A stretch of 64,000 bases of DNA from Polyangia bacterium (GCA_050287845.1 JBNKCR010000013.1:1-64000); one strand, 5' to 3'. Counted from the stretch's first letter, positions 9,752 through 19,845 are shown. Numbers and translations: made by a program. The notes: a model not told the origin generated them from the letters alone.

Positions 9752-12556
9752 TTGCTGCTCAGTCGCCGTCGTTTTTTTTATTTCATTATTTCTGGCATAT
9801 ATCTGTCGTTCTGGTTAATTCCCTGCAGCGACGCCAGCGCGAACCCATCTGAAATTGCAGACTCGCTGCGCCTCAGCCCCGGTGAGGGCGGATTCATCTC
9901 CACCTGGCTCCGTCTGGGACCGTTTTCGGCACCGGAGTACATCACGGCGAAACCGGGTGGTCTGGCCAACTGGCATCCCGCGCCCGCCCTGTCCGAAGAC
10001 CACGTTCGGGAAGGTGTCTGGATAGCCGGGAAGCGGGTCTCGCTCCTTGCTGCGGACTCCGCCAGAATCGGATTAAAACCTCACACCGGTACCGTCACCT
10101 ATCTGATGGGCGTCATCCAGGCCGAAACTGAAGGCGAAGTGTATCTGTCCAGTGCCAGTACCGACGGTATTGAAGTATCCGTAAATGGAAAATCCCTGTT
10201 TTTCAACGACACCCACAAACGATGGATTCGAAAAGATGTTAACCTCACCCCGGTATCGCTCAGCCGGGGAAATAATCTCGTGGTAATAAGACTGTTCAAG
10301 GAAATCCCCGGACCATGGCGTACCTGGCTTCGCTTCATGAACAGTGATTTCGAACGAGCCAACATCACAATGGTGTTGCCAGGCGCCCAATCCCGATTGC
10401 CCGAGGTATTACGCGCGTCCGCCCGACTGACCCTCAACCGCTTCCTTTATCCGTATTCGGGACAAGTCACCATTGACTGCTGGCTCAAATTCGTCGGCGC
10501 CAGGCCACTTCTTTTTTCCCTCGACAACTGGTCCTGGTCCAGCACCCCAACCCGGGCCACGATTGTTCCTCCCCCGAATCTGTTACATCCCGTGAAAACC
10601 AGTTACCTGCTCCATCGTTTCTCTGGGCTTTCCGAGATGCCCGATCAGGTGCAACTGCAAATCAACGGCGTATCATTCTCACAAAATGTCAACGTACGTC
10701 CGGGACTGCTGCAGAAATTAATTGATATTGCCCATCGGCTGAACGCCGCCAGCACCTCAGAGATGCCGGAATCCACCGTGGAAAGTCTGGAATGGCGCAT
10801 CGATTATTTGAATTCGTTGATGCGAAAAGGAGATGGCGGATACGATTATCTGTCCAGAGAGTTGCAGGACACCGACAGAATGGTTGCTGCGGTGGAACGG
10901 GGCGAAGATCCGTACGCGAATCGCGGAAACCAGCTGCAGAGACGGGGATACCGTTCGCAAGTGGACGGGGCGTTGCATCATTATGCGCTGTATGTACCGC
11001 CGGGATGGCGCGAGAACGAAGATAAAAAATATCCGCTCATCATTGCCCTTCACGGCCTTGGCGGCCATCCGGTGAAAACATTATCCGTACTGTTCGGACA
11101 TCCGCTGGCAGAAGACGAAACCCGCGAACAGCGCATTCGCTTTCCCGGCCAACCGGGGCGAGCGCCCATGTTTGTGCTGGCACCGGAAGGTTTCGGCAAT
11201 TCGGGATACTACGCGCTGGGGGAACGGGATGTCCTTGAGGTTCTCGATATTGTAAAAAAACGTTATCGAATTGATGACGACCGTATCTACATGACCGGTG
11301 CATCCATGGGCGGCACCGGTGCGGCCCGAATCCCACTCCATTATCCGGACATCTTCGCAGCTGCGGTTCCCCTCTGTGGATATCATAATCTGCGATACTA
11401 TTCCCAGGTGCGAAATCAGCCACTCTCAGACGTGGAAAACTATCTGCTGGAAGTTCACTCCAATATTGAATGGGTGAAGAACGGTACCCATCTGCCCCTG
11501 TACATGGTGCATGGAACCCAGGATCAACCGAGGCAGTCCAAAGACCTGCTGGAGCATTATCTGCTGCAGGGAAACGACGCGGCGCTGACACTGATTGATG
11601 CCGGACATAACGTGTGGGACGATACGTACGAAAACGGCTGGATATTTCGTCACTTCTCCAAGTACCACCGCAACCCGCATCCCAGAAAAGTTCAGTTCAG
11701 AACGTCCAATCTGCGGTATCGGAAAAACAACTGGCTTCGCATTGACGACATGACCGATCCCAATGCATGGTGCGAAATGGGTGGATTCTGGCAGCAGAAC
11801 GGCAACGTTGAAATCAAAACGCAGAATGTATCGGCGTTCACCTTTTTCAGGGACCCCGAGCTGGCGGCTTCCGGTTTTTCCGCAATCACAATTGACGGTA
11901 CCTCAACACCCGCGGAACAAATCCGCAATGACCGGACCACGTTTGTCCGCAGGAACAACAGGTGGATTCAGGCGTCGTTCGAACCTTTGCCCGGGACCAA
12001 GGTTCCCGGACTATCGGGCCCCATCGGCGATGCGGAATATGATTCTCTGCTGTTTGTATACGGGACCGGGGACCCCTGGGAGGGCACCCTTGCCAGACGG
12101 ATTATCGGCCATCTGAAAACCCCCAGGTATGGCATGACAATCAAGTGGAAAATCAAAGCGGATGTGGAGGTCACAGAAAATGATCTTCGACAATATTCCA
12201 TCGTAGTTGTGGGAACCCCGCAGGGCAATGCGCTATTGGGACGCATCCAGAGCCAACTCCCCATTCAGGTAAGAGAAAATGCCATCCATGTGGGCAACAG
12301 AAAATTCACCGGGAAGCGGACCGCAGCATCGTTTATCTATCCCAACCCGCTCAATCCGGCGCACTACCTGGTGGTTCACACCGGCACTTCAAGAGAAGCC
12401 ATTTATTATACCGGCCATTTGCCATCAATGATTCCGGACTACGTGATTTATGATGCCTCAGACTGGGGCTATACCGAGGGATACGTTCTGGGAGAAAACC
12501 GAAACGTTCTGCTCTCCGGCTTTTTCAACAAGCACTGGCAGATTGATCCGGAGTAA
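9752..12556 (+). CDS. Large secreted alpha/beta serine hydrolase (esterase/peptidase-like)
   Basis: LIIALHG, GASMGG nucleophile motif, HGTQD, GHNVW. Likely TTG start at 9752 gives SRRRFF + hydrophobic stretch + ASA signal. Confidence 0.75.
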   Translation: MLLSRRRFFYFIISGIYLSFWLIPCSDASANPSEIADSLRLSPGEGGFISTWLRLGPFSAPEYITAKPGGLANWHPAPALSEDHVREGVWIAGKRVSLLAADSARIGLKPHTGTVTYLMGVIQAETEGEVYLSSASTDGIEVSVNGKSLFFNDTHKRWIRKDVNLTPVSLSRGNNLVVIRLFKEIPGPWRTWLRFMNSDFERANITMVLPGAQSRLPEVLRASARLTLNRFLYPYSGQVTIDCWLKFVGARPLLFSLDNWSWSSTPTRATIVPPPNLLHPVKTSYLLHRFSGLSEMPDQVQLQINGVSFSQNVNVRPGLLQKLIDIAHRLNAASTSEMPESTVESLEWRIDYLNSLMRKGDGGYDYLSRELQDTDRMVAAVERGEDPYANRGNQLQRRGYRSQVDGALHHYALYVPPGWRENEDKKYPLIIALHGLGGHPVKTLSVLFGHPLAEDETREQRIRFPGQPGRAPMFVLAPEGFGNSGYYALGERDVLEVLDIVKKRYRIDDDRIYMTGASMGGTGAARIPLHYPDIFAAAVPLCGYHNLRYYSQVRNQPLSDVENYLLEVHSNIEWVKNGTHLPLYMVHGTQDQPRQSKDLLEHYLLQGNDAALTLIDAGHNVWDDTYENGWIFRHFSKYHRNPHPRKVQFRTSNLRYRKNNWLRIDDMTDPNAWCEMGGFWQQNGNVEIKTQNVSAFTFFRDPELAASGFSAITIDGTSTPAEQIRNDRTTFVRRNNRWIQASFEPLPGTKVPGLSGPIGDAEYDSLLFVYGTGDPWEGTLARRIIGHLKTPRYGMTIKWKIKADVEVTENDLRQYSIVVVGTPQGNALLGRIQSQLPIQVRENAIHVGNRKFTGKRTAASFIYPNPLNPAHYLVVHTGTSREAIYYTGHLPSMIPDYVIYDASDWGYTEGYVLGENRNVLLSGFFNKHWQIDPE

Positions 12557-12649
12557 CCGCATCCATCTGCTGTCATTCACCTGCCGCATTCCATCTCAGA
12601 ACCGCTCAACCACCGTGCTGCAACAATCCCAAGTTTACGGTTTTCCAAA

Positions 12650-14599
12650 ATGAATAGCCATGTTATGCAAGAAATCACAATTACTTTTAGCAAGCAGACT
12701 CGATTTGGGGGTAAAGTCGATATGTCGTTAAAAACACGTTGGATTTCTGTGTTCGCCGCCGCGGCTGCACATCCCATTGTGGTGTACACACTATTTCCAG
12801 TATTCGGTGCTACTGCGAATGCGTTTTCATTCATACTACCCACGCTCGCAACTGTTCTGCTGGGATTGAAGTATGGGATAGCCTTCAACCTCTTTGCCGT
12901 TTTCGAAACAGCGATTGTTTTCAATCTCATCCATCCGACGCCGCTGATGAACTATCTACCGCACAGCATTCTATCTCTGTCGTTCAATACGCTTATCAGC
13001 ATCGGCGCACACTGGGCGAAAATCCATTTTTTCCTGCATCGCAAGGCGCAGCGGGACCTGGAAGAGACCGAACAGGAGTACCAGCTGATTTTTGAAAATA
13101 TTGCCGAAGGGATTATCTGCATCAACGAACAGGGTGTTATTACCAGTGCCAATCCAAACGCCGCCAATCAACTGGGAATTCCCATCGAATCCCTGTGCAG
13201 TAAATCCGTTCACATGCTGCCGTTGCTGCGAGATGATTTCAAAGCCCAAGTGCGGGAACTGATGACTCAGGCTGATCCCACAACATCCAAAACCCAGTTC
13301 ACAACCCAGCTGAAATCGGAAACCGGTGCCACCAGAACCCTGGATATTTCCATTTCAAATATTCGCCAGTCCGACAAACCGGTACGCTGGATTCTCATGG
13401 TCAAAGATACGACGGACCAACGAAAAATGGAGGCGCAGCTTCAGGAAAGCAAACGGATGGAAGCCATCGGTCGGCTTGCAGGAGGCGTGGCCCACGACAT
13501 CAACAATATTCTCAACGCCATTATCGGTGCGGCATTCGCCCTCAGATCAGATGTAAATACGCCGTCAACAGCTGCCGATCTCGATACCATTGATCACGCC
13601 TGTGATCAGGGAGCCCAACTCACCCGCAATCTGCTGGGTTTTGCGAGAAAAGGCGACGGCACAAGAGAAATATTTGCCATCGGCGACATTGTGGAATCCG
13701 TGCTATCCATCATCCGGCGGACTGCCCCGGTGGGAATTTCAATCAAAACCAATCTGGAGAGTAGTCCCATTCTGATGAAAGGTGATCCGGGACAGATAGA
13801 AAGCGCGTTGATGAATCTGTGTCTGAACGCATTGGATGCCATGGGGGATCGCGGCGACCTGAACATCGAACTGAAACAAAAGAAAAATGGCCATTTTCTG
13901 CTGTGTGTTTCAGACACAGGCGCGGGAATTGATGAAAGCATTCGGGAGCTGATTTTCGAGCCATTCTTTACCACAAAACCAATAGGAAAAGGCACGGGGC
14001 TCGGACTGGTCATGGTGAATCGGGCAGTCAGAAATCACGGGGGCAGCATCTCCATGAAAAGCGAGCCATCGTTGGGCACGACAATGAAAATCATCTTTCC
14101 CCAGTACCAGGGCGACATTTTCATTCCGGACAAAAAGGAAATCCGTTTTCACGACAGAAGCAGAACCCCACTACGGGATACAACTGTGCTGGTCGTAGAC
14201 GATGACCCCCTTGTATTGAGAGGTAGCCAAAGACTCCTGAGCAGCCTCGGGGCCAAAGTGGTCACCGCAGAAAATGGAAACCGGGGCCTTGAACAGTTCG
14301 AAAAATACAAATCTACAATTGGACTCATCATTCTGGATCTTGTAATGCCCGAAATGGATGGCACCCGTCTGCTGCGACATATTCGATCTCTTAAATCTCT
14401 GATTCCAGTCATCGTGGTATCCGGATATACTCCGGAACCAGGCAGGCTGGAAGAACTTAAAATGCAATTGCCCAGATTTGATTTTCTCCAGAAACCGTAC
14501 CGGGCCAATGAGCTGCTGCAGACCATGGACGCGCTGGGGGCATTGAAAATTACCACGAGGCACCGGGATGAGCCCCTCAAATTCACTTCAGAACGCTGA
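12650..14599 (+). CDS. Membrane-bound PAS hybrid sensor histidine kinase (HisKA-HATPase-REC)
   Basis: N-terminal TMs, PAS, AGGVAHDINN H-box, NALDAM, DTGAGI, FFTTK, GTGLGL, C-terminal REC (VVDDD, LDLVMP, KP). Start may be 12722. Confidence 0.95.
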   Translation: MNSHVMQEITITFSKQTRFGGKVDMSLKTRWISVFAAAAAHPIVVYTLFPVFGATANAFSFILPTLATVLLGLKYGIAFNLFAVFETAIVFNLIHPTPLMNYLPHSILSLSFNTLISIGAHWAKIHFFLHRKAQRDLEETEQEYQLIFENIAEGIICINEQGVITSANPNAANQLGIPIESLCSKSVHMLPLLRDDFKAQVRELMTQADPTTSKTQFTTQLKSETGATRTLDISISNIRQSDKPVRWILMVKDTTDQRKMEAQLQESKRMEAIGRLAGGVAHDINNILNAIIGAAFALRSDVNTPSTAADLDTIDHACDQGAQLTRNLLGFARKGDGTREIFAIGDIVESVLSIIRRTAPVGISIKTNLESSPILMKGDPGQIESALMNLCLNALDAMGDRGDLNIELKQKKNGHFLLCVSDTGAGIDESIRELIFEPFFTTKPIGKGTGLGLVMVNRAVRNHGGSISMKSEPSLGTTMKIIFPQYQGDIFIPDKKEIRFHDRSRTPLRDTTVLVVDDDPLVLRGSQRLLSSLGAKVVTAENGNRGLEQFEKYKSTIGLIILDLVMPEMDGTRLLRHIRSLKSLIPVIVVSGYTPEPGRLEELKMQLPRFDFLQKPYRANELLQTMDALGALKITTRHRDEPLKFTSER

Positions 14600-14740
14600 C
14601 CGAATCAGCTGAAAGGCATTGCCCATCGTGCACATATCGACTTGCTATTCGTAATCTCAACAACATGCACAGCCATGTGTGCTGAGTGGGCGGGCCGATT
14701 CCTGAACACCATAAATGGCAGATTGCCAACTTCTGCGCGT

Positions 14741-15094
14741 GCGGATGACCATAAAATGGTCAGAGAAGGCTTTGCATCCCTGGTTTCTGACCAGGCAAAC
14801 CTGGAGGTAATATCAACAGTATCAGATGGCAGAGAAGCTGTGGAGGCAGTATTGGAACACAAGCCGGATATAATACTGATGGACATTGGCATGCCTGAGT
14901 TGAATGGAATAGACGCAAGCAGAAAAATCCTGAGCGAATGTCCCCAGATTAAAATCATTGCCATCTCAATGTATGCTTCCAATATTGCAGTAATTGAGAT
15001 GCTCCGCTCTGGCGCGGTGGGATACATCCACAAGATGGCCATTACTTTATCCATAACGTTTGCCAAATCAACTTTACCGCAGCGCGGTTCCTGA
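14741..15094 (+). pseudogene. Truncated NarL-type response regulator (receiver remnant only)
   Basis: ADDHKMVREG...ILMDIGMPELNG...GAVGYIHK. Lacks the first beta-strand/start and the LuxR HTH. Confidence 0.7.
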
Positions 15095-15361
15095 CTCCTG
15101 CCGTAACATAATATGTCTTCCACCGTTGTTCTGGCGCGCTGCCCGGGGCTGATATGCCTGGGCCCCTTCGGGGCGGCTTATACCAAAAGAACTTTTGAGA
15201 CAAAGCCCAGGGTCAACCGAATCCTCCAGCGCCATATCCGCATATGCAATAATGGCGCACAGAAAATTATTCAGGTCGTGGGCAATGCCAACGGCACTCA
15301 TTCCCAGATTGAATATTCGCTCGTTGCTGAAATTGCCGCTTCGCTTCAACTCATTACCCAT
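15074..15361 (-). pseudogene. Truncated histidine kinase (HisKA H-box fragment)
   Basis: Strong SD AAGGAGG, then GMSAVGIAHDLNNFL; similarity ends at ~15205 and no HATPase follows. Confidence 0.65.
15131..15178 (-). repeat. REP-like GC-rich palindromic element (partial)
   Basis: Minus strand AGCCGCCCCGAAGGGGCCCAGGCATATCAGCCCCGGGCAGCG with a GCCCC-GAA-GGGGC hairpin. Confidence 0.5.
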
Positions 15362-15721
15362 TCGCTGCCCTCCTTGATAAAATTTGACTCATTCAATTTT
15401 CAGGTCGTGGACGGCTGACCCCGTTGTCCTGTCGAATCAGGGGTCCGTCACACTCTCCGCACATTCCACTGAACATTATTGCGGAAAAAAACGACCTGTT
15501 CATTTAACGAATTTTAAATCATTGAAATAATTGTAAAATTCGCAATTTCTCATTGCCAATTAAGCAATCTCAGAAAATTTCAATTTCATTCAACAGCGAG
15601 CCGGTTTGCATTGCCGTCGATTTCGCGAAGGTCATTTTAATTTTTCCGACTCATTCAACCGGTTCCAGATAGCCGACCAAAAACTTTTTTATTTGACAAT
15701 GCACTGTGACCTGTGGTTTCA

Positions 15722-15748
15722 GTAGCACGTTTAAAAAAATCGTGCTAC
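15722..15748. promoter_or_regulatory. Palindromic operator candidate upstream of the hydrogenase operon
   Basis: GTAGCACG-N11-CGTGCTAC, downstream of TTGACA (15693-15698) and ~40 bp before the REC gene ATG. Confidence 0.5.
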
Positions 15749-15786
15749 CAACCAAAACACAATCTTTATGGCCAGGGAGAATACAA

Positions 15787-16173
15787 ATGAAAAAGATACT
15801 TGTCGTGGATGACGATCCTGATGTCATCGAAGCCAGCACACTGGTGCTTGAAAAAGCGGGATATGTGGTGGTTTCAGCCAACTCCCGCATGGCGGGCATG
15901 GTTGCAGTCATGAGCGAAAAACCGGATTTAATCGTTCTCGATGTGATGATGGATGAACCGGATGATGGATTTCACCTGGCCCAGAATTTGAGAGCCGATG
16001 GGGTTGAAACGCCCATAGTGATGATGTCGAGTATCGGACGGGTAAGTGGATTCGCATTTGGCGTTGATAACGAGCTGCTTCCGGTAAATGCATTCATCGA
16101 AAAACCCGCCCCGCCTGAAAAGCTGCTGCAACAGGTAAATCAGCTGTTGCAGCCAGAGAAAGGGTTCAATTGA
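15787..16173 (+). CDS. Single-domain response regulator (REC)
   Basis: MKKILVVDDD, LDVMM, FIEKP; AGGGAGA SD before ATG 15787. Confidence 0.93.
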   Translation: MKKILVVDDDPDVIEASTLVLEKAGYVVVSANSRMAGMVAVMSEKPDLIVLDVMMDEPDDGFHLAQNLRADGVETPIVMMSSIGRVSGFAFGVDNELLPVNAFIEKPAPPEKLLQQVNQLLQPEKGFN

Positions 16174-16673
16174 CAATGTCGGACATCCGTAAAACCAGTC
16201 TGAAAGAAATCTCTGATGAATTAGTCGCCGAGTATGGATCTGCCCGGGGAGCATTGTTACCCATTCTGAATCGGTTGCGCACGGAGAACATTGCCATTGA
16301 TGACAACGTGATGACAACACTTGCTGATATGCTGCAAATGGCGCCTTCCGCCATTTATGGGGTGGTTTCCTTTTACAGCTTTCTGGATTCCCGCCCCAAA
16401 GGCAAACATGTCATTCGTGTGTGTCAGACCATCTCCTGCGAGATAGCCGGTGCAAAAAAGGTGGCAAACGCGCTTACGTCTGAACTGCGCACCGATTTTG
16501 GCGAAACCACTCCGGATGGGTTATTTACTCTGGAGCACACCAATTGCCTGGGCCTATGCAACAGGGCGCCTGCACTGCTACTGAACGAAACAGCTCATGT
16601 CAACGTTGACGCGACAAACGTAAAAGACATTTTAAACGCCAACCTCATGACGACACCCGTCTCATCCGACTGA
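16170..16673 (+). CDS. hydC: NuoE-like [2Fe-2S] subunit of [FeFe]-hydrogenase (gamma)
   Basis: VVSFYSF, CQTISC...CLGLC thioredoxin-like [2Fe-2S] motif. Confidence 0.9.
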   Translation: MTMSDIRKTSLKEISDELVAEYGSARGALLPILNRLRTENIAIDDNVMTTLADMLQMAPSAIYGVVSFYSFLDSRPKGKHVIRVCQTISCEIAGAKKVANALTSELRTDFGETTPDGLFTLEHTNCLGLCNRAPALLLNETAHVNVDATNVKDILNANLMTTPVSSD

Positions 16674-16688
16674 CCAGGAGGCCTGTGA

Positions 16689-17897
16689 ATGAACACATAT
16701 ACCAATAAACTGTCATTCAGCGACGCCACCTATGGGACAGGCGTGAAAAACGCTCTGTCAATGTCGCGGGCGAAGGTCATATCTCAAGTTGCCGATTCCG
16801 GTATTCGCGGACGCGGCGGCGCTGGGTTTCCGGTTTCGGTCAAGTGGAATCTTGCCGGTCTGGCCATAGGCGACCACAAATTTATCGTATGCAATGCGGA
16901 CGAAGGCGAACCGGGCACCTTCAAGGACAGAGTCATTCTGGACGAGTATGCATCGCTGGTGTTCGATGGCATGACCATTGCCGCCTACGCGGTGGGCGCA
17001 AAGGAAGGCATCCTTTATCTGCGGGCCGAATATGCGTATCTGCGGGATGGCCTCGATGAACTGCTGCGTCTGCGCAGAAAAGCGAATCTCCTTGGTCCGA
17101 AAATCCTGGGTACAGAACTGAATTTTGACATTCACATTTTCATGGGCGGCGGCGCCTATGTGTGCGGCGAAGAAACCGCGCTCATTGAATCTCTCGAAGG
17201 CAACCGGGGTGAACCCAGAAACCGGCCGCCCTTCCCCATTGATATGGGTTATTTCAATCGGCCTACGGCAGTCAACAATGTGGAAACACTGGCGTGGGTC
17301 AGCTACATTTTTGAAAAGGGTGCATCGTGGTTTAAACAGCAGGGAACAAAAGATTCAGCGGGACCGAAGCTGTTCAGCATATCCGGCGACTGTGACCATC
17401 CCGGGGTGTATGAATTCCCCCTTGGTATCCCGATACAGGAACTGTTATCCCACGTGGGCGGGAAAGATGCCCGATGCGTTCAGATTGGCGGTGCATCCGG
17501 TCACCTCATTCCGGCATCGGAATTTAGCCGTCGCATCTGCTTTGAAGATGTGGCCACCGGAGGTTCGATCATCGTATTCAATCCGAGCCGGAGCCCACTC
17601 GACATTGCAGAAAACTTCATGACATTTTTCGAAGACGAATCCTGCGGTCAGTGTACCCCGTGCAGAGACGGCAATGAAAAGCTGTTGGCAGGGATTCGAA
17701 TGCTGAAAAAGGGCACCTGCTCTGCCAGTCGGCTGATGGCGCTCAAAGCGTTGGCGGAAACCATGCAGCTGGCTTCAAAGTGCGGTCTGGGCCAATCCAG
17801 TCCCAACATTTTTCTCGATGTCATTCATCACTACCCAAACGAATTTGAACTCACACCAGATGAAGATACAGAACCAGGCTGTCGGATAGGAGCATGA
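16689..17897 (+). CDS. hydB: Short NuoF-like FMN/NADH-binding subunit of [FeFe]-hydrogenase (beta)
   Basis: Motifs GRGGAGFP, NADEGEPGTFKDR, YVCGEETAL, NNVET, SCGQCTPCR...CGLG; only 402 aa. Confidence 0.92.
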   Translation: MNTYTNKLSFSDATYGTGVKNALSMSRAKVISQVADSGIRGRGGAGFPVSVKWNLAGLAIGDHKFIVCNADEGEPGTFKDRVILDEYASLVFDGMTIAAYAVGAKEGILYLRAEYAYLRDGLDELLRLRRKANLLGPKILGTELNFDIHIFMGGGAYVCGEETALIESLEGNRGEPRNRPPFPIDMGYFNRPTAVNNVETLAWVSYIFEKGASWFKQQGTKDSAGPKLFSISGDCDHPGVYEFPLGIPIQELLSHVGGKDARCVQIGGASGHLIPASEFSRRICFEDVATGGSIIVFNPSRSPLDIAENFMTFFEDESCGQCTPCRDGNEKLLAGIRMLKKGTCSASRLMALKALAETMQLASKCGLGQSSPNIFLDVIHHYPNEFELTPDEDTEPGCRIGA

Positions 17898-19765
17898 GCA
17901 TGTCAGCAGAACAAACCATCGCCATTGGCGCCAATATTCTTGTGACCATCGACGGCATCGATATTCGCGTGCCCATGAAAACCACCATTCTCAGCGCAGC
18001 AAAGGAGCTGGGCATCCGCATTCCCACGCTGTGTCACCACCCCGACTTGTGCGAAGGCGGATTATGCCGCATCTGCGTGGTGGAAGTGGAAGGAAAACGC
18101 CCGCTGCAGGCATCCTGCGCCTATCCCATTACCGAACCGATGAAAATCAGAACCAGCAGCGCAAAGGTCAGAAAGGCGCGAAAAAACATTATTCAGCTGA
18201 TGCTGTCCAATCACGCGGGAGACTGTGTCACCTGCAATCGGAATCAGCACTGTGAACTGCAGGAAATGGCCGCCGAATACAGCGTGACCACATATCCGTT
18301 TGGCAAAATGTCCCGCTCCGCCACCCCGGTAGATCGCTCCAGCCTCTCTGTGGTGCGGGACAATAATAAATGTATTCTATGCAGGCGCTGCGAGCGGACC
18401 TGTGCGGAGATTCAGGGGGTGAACGCGCTGGTCACCGCCAACCGTGGCGTTGAAACCGAAATTCAGACATTCATGAATACACCTCTGGCCACCACAACAT
18501 GCATTAATTGCGGCCAATGTATCAACCGCTGCCCCACCGGCGCCCTGCAGGCGGTGGATGCCACCTGCGATGTTTGGAGAGCCATTGATGACCCCAAAAA
18601 ACACGTGGTGATTCAAACCGCACCTGCACCAAGGGCAGCCATTGCTGAATGTTTTGGAGAAGCCCCGGGCACAGCCCGCACATTTGAGCTGAACACCGCG
18701 CTTCGGCGAGCGGGATTTGACAAGGTTTTTGATACGAACTTCACGGCGGACCTGACAATTCTTGAAGAGGGAACCGAGTTGCTGACCCGTATGTACCGTG
18801 CATTGGTTCAAAAAGACGCCACTGTCGCCCTTCCCCAATTCACCAGTTGCTCTCCCGGATGGATTAAGTACATTGAACAGTTTTACCCCGAATATCTGCC
18901 CAATGTTTCAAGTGCCAAGAGTCCGCAGCAGATGTTTGGCGCGCTCATTAAAACCTATTACGCGGAATTGAACGGGGTGGCGCCCGAGAATATTGTGTCG
19001 GTGTCGCTGATGCCGTGTACTGCAAAGAAGTATGAATGTGAACGTCCGGAAATGTCCGACAGCGGATTCCGGGATATTGACCATGTACTCACCACCCGGG
19101 AACTTGGAAAACTGCTGAAGGAAGCGGGGATTGACTTGCCCCGGATGCCCCGAAGTGATTTCGATGAACCGTTTGGCAGTGCTACAGGATCGGGCGTTAT
19201 TTTCGGCGCCACCGGTGGAGTGATGGAATCCGCCATCCGTACTGTGGTAGAGCTGGCGTGCGGCATACAGATTGAAGATTTGTTCGCCCACGCCAACGTG
19301 ATTGCCGTCCGCGGATTTGAAGGGGTGCGATATGCGGAACTACCCATCGCAACGGTGGGCCCGGTACCGGAAGTGCTGAAAAATATTGTACCCGACTGGA
19401 ACTGGCTGAAAGGCGCCACCCTGAAAGTGGCCATCTGCCATGGCACCGTGAACGCCAGAAAAGTGATGGAGGATATTCGCGCTGGCGGTAAATTCAGCGA
19501 ATGTCACTTCATTGAGTTCATGGCCTGTCCCGGCGGATGTCTGGGCGGCGGCGGTCAGCCCATTCCCACCAATCGCGAAATCCGAAGCAAACGGGCAGAA
19601 GCAATCTACGCAGAAGACATGACCTATCCCGTCAGAAAATCCCATCTCAACGAAGCGGTGCGTCGTCTGTACAACGACTTCCTGACCGATGGTATCGCTG
19701 GACATAAAGCCCACCATCTGTTGCATACGTCCTACACAGATCGTTCTCAGAAAGTAAAAATGTAG
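17894..19765 (+). CDS. hydA: Group A [FeFe]-hydrogenase catalytic subunit
   Basis: N-terminal [2Fe-2S], His-ligated cluster (NHAGDCVTCNRNQHC), two CxxCxxCxxxC; H-cluster motifs FTSCSPGW, MPCTAKKYE, EFMACPGGCLGGGGQP. Confidence 0.96.
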   Translation: MSMSAEQTIAIGANILVTIDGIDIRVPMKTTILSAAKELGIRIPTLCHHPDLCEGGLCRICVVEVEGKRPLQASCAYPITEPMKIRTSSAKVRKARKNIIQLMLSNHAGDCVTCNRNQHCELQEMAAEYSVTTYPFGKMSRSATPVDRSSLSVVRDNNKCILCRRCERTCAEIQGVNALVTANRGVETEIQTFMNTPLATTTCINCGQCINRCPTGALQAVDATCDVWRAIDDPKKHVVIQTAPAPRAAIAECFGEAPGTARTFELNTALRRAGFDKVFDTNFTADLTILEEGTELLTRMYRALVQKDATVALPQFTSCSPGWIKYIEQFYPEYLPNVSSAKSPQQMFGALIKTYYAELNGVAPENIVSVSLMPCTAKKYECERPEMSDSGFRDIDHVLTTRELGKLLKEAGIDLPRMPRSDFDEPFGSATGSGVIFGATGGVMESAIRTVVELACGIQIEDLFAHANVIAVRGFEGVRYAELPIATVGPVPEVLKNIVPDWNWLKGATLKVAICHGTVNARKVMEDIRAGGKFSECHFIEFMACPGGCLGGGGQPIPTNREIRSKRAEAIYAEDMTYPVRKSHLNEAVRRLYNDFLTDGIAGHKAHHLLHTSYTDRSQKVKM

Positions 19766-19845
19766 AATCATCGTTCAGCTGCCACCGCAAGTGGTTTACA
19801 GCTCAAGATGCAGCGCAACGTTATATTTCATCAAAGGAATATCAG

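Noticed and set aside
16170..17897. nuoE/nuoF of respiratory complex I
   Set aside because: Followed by an H-cluster-containing HydA; no other nuo genes.
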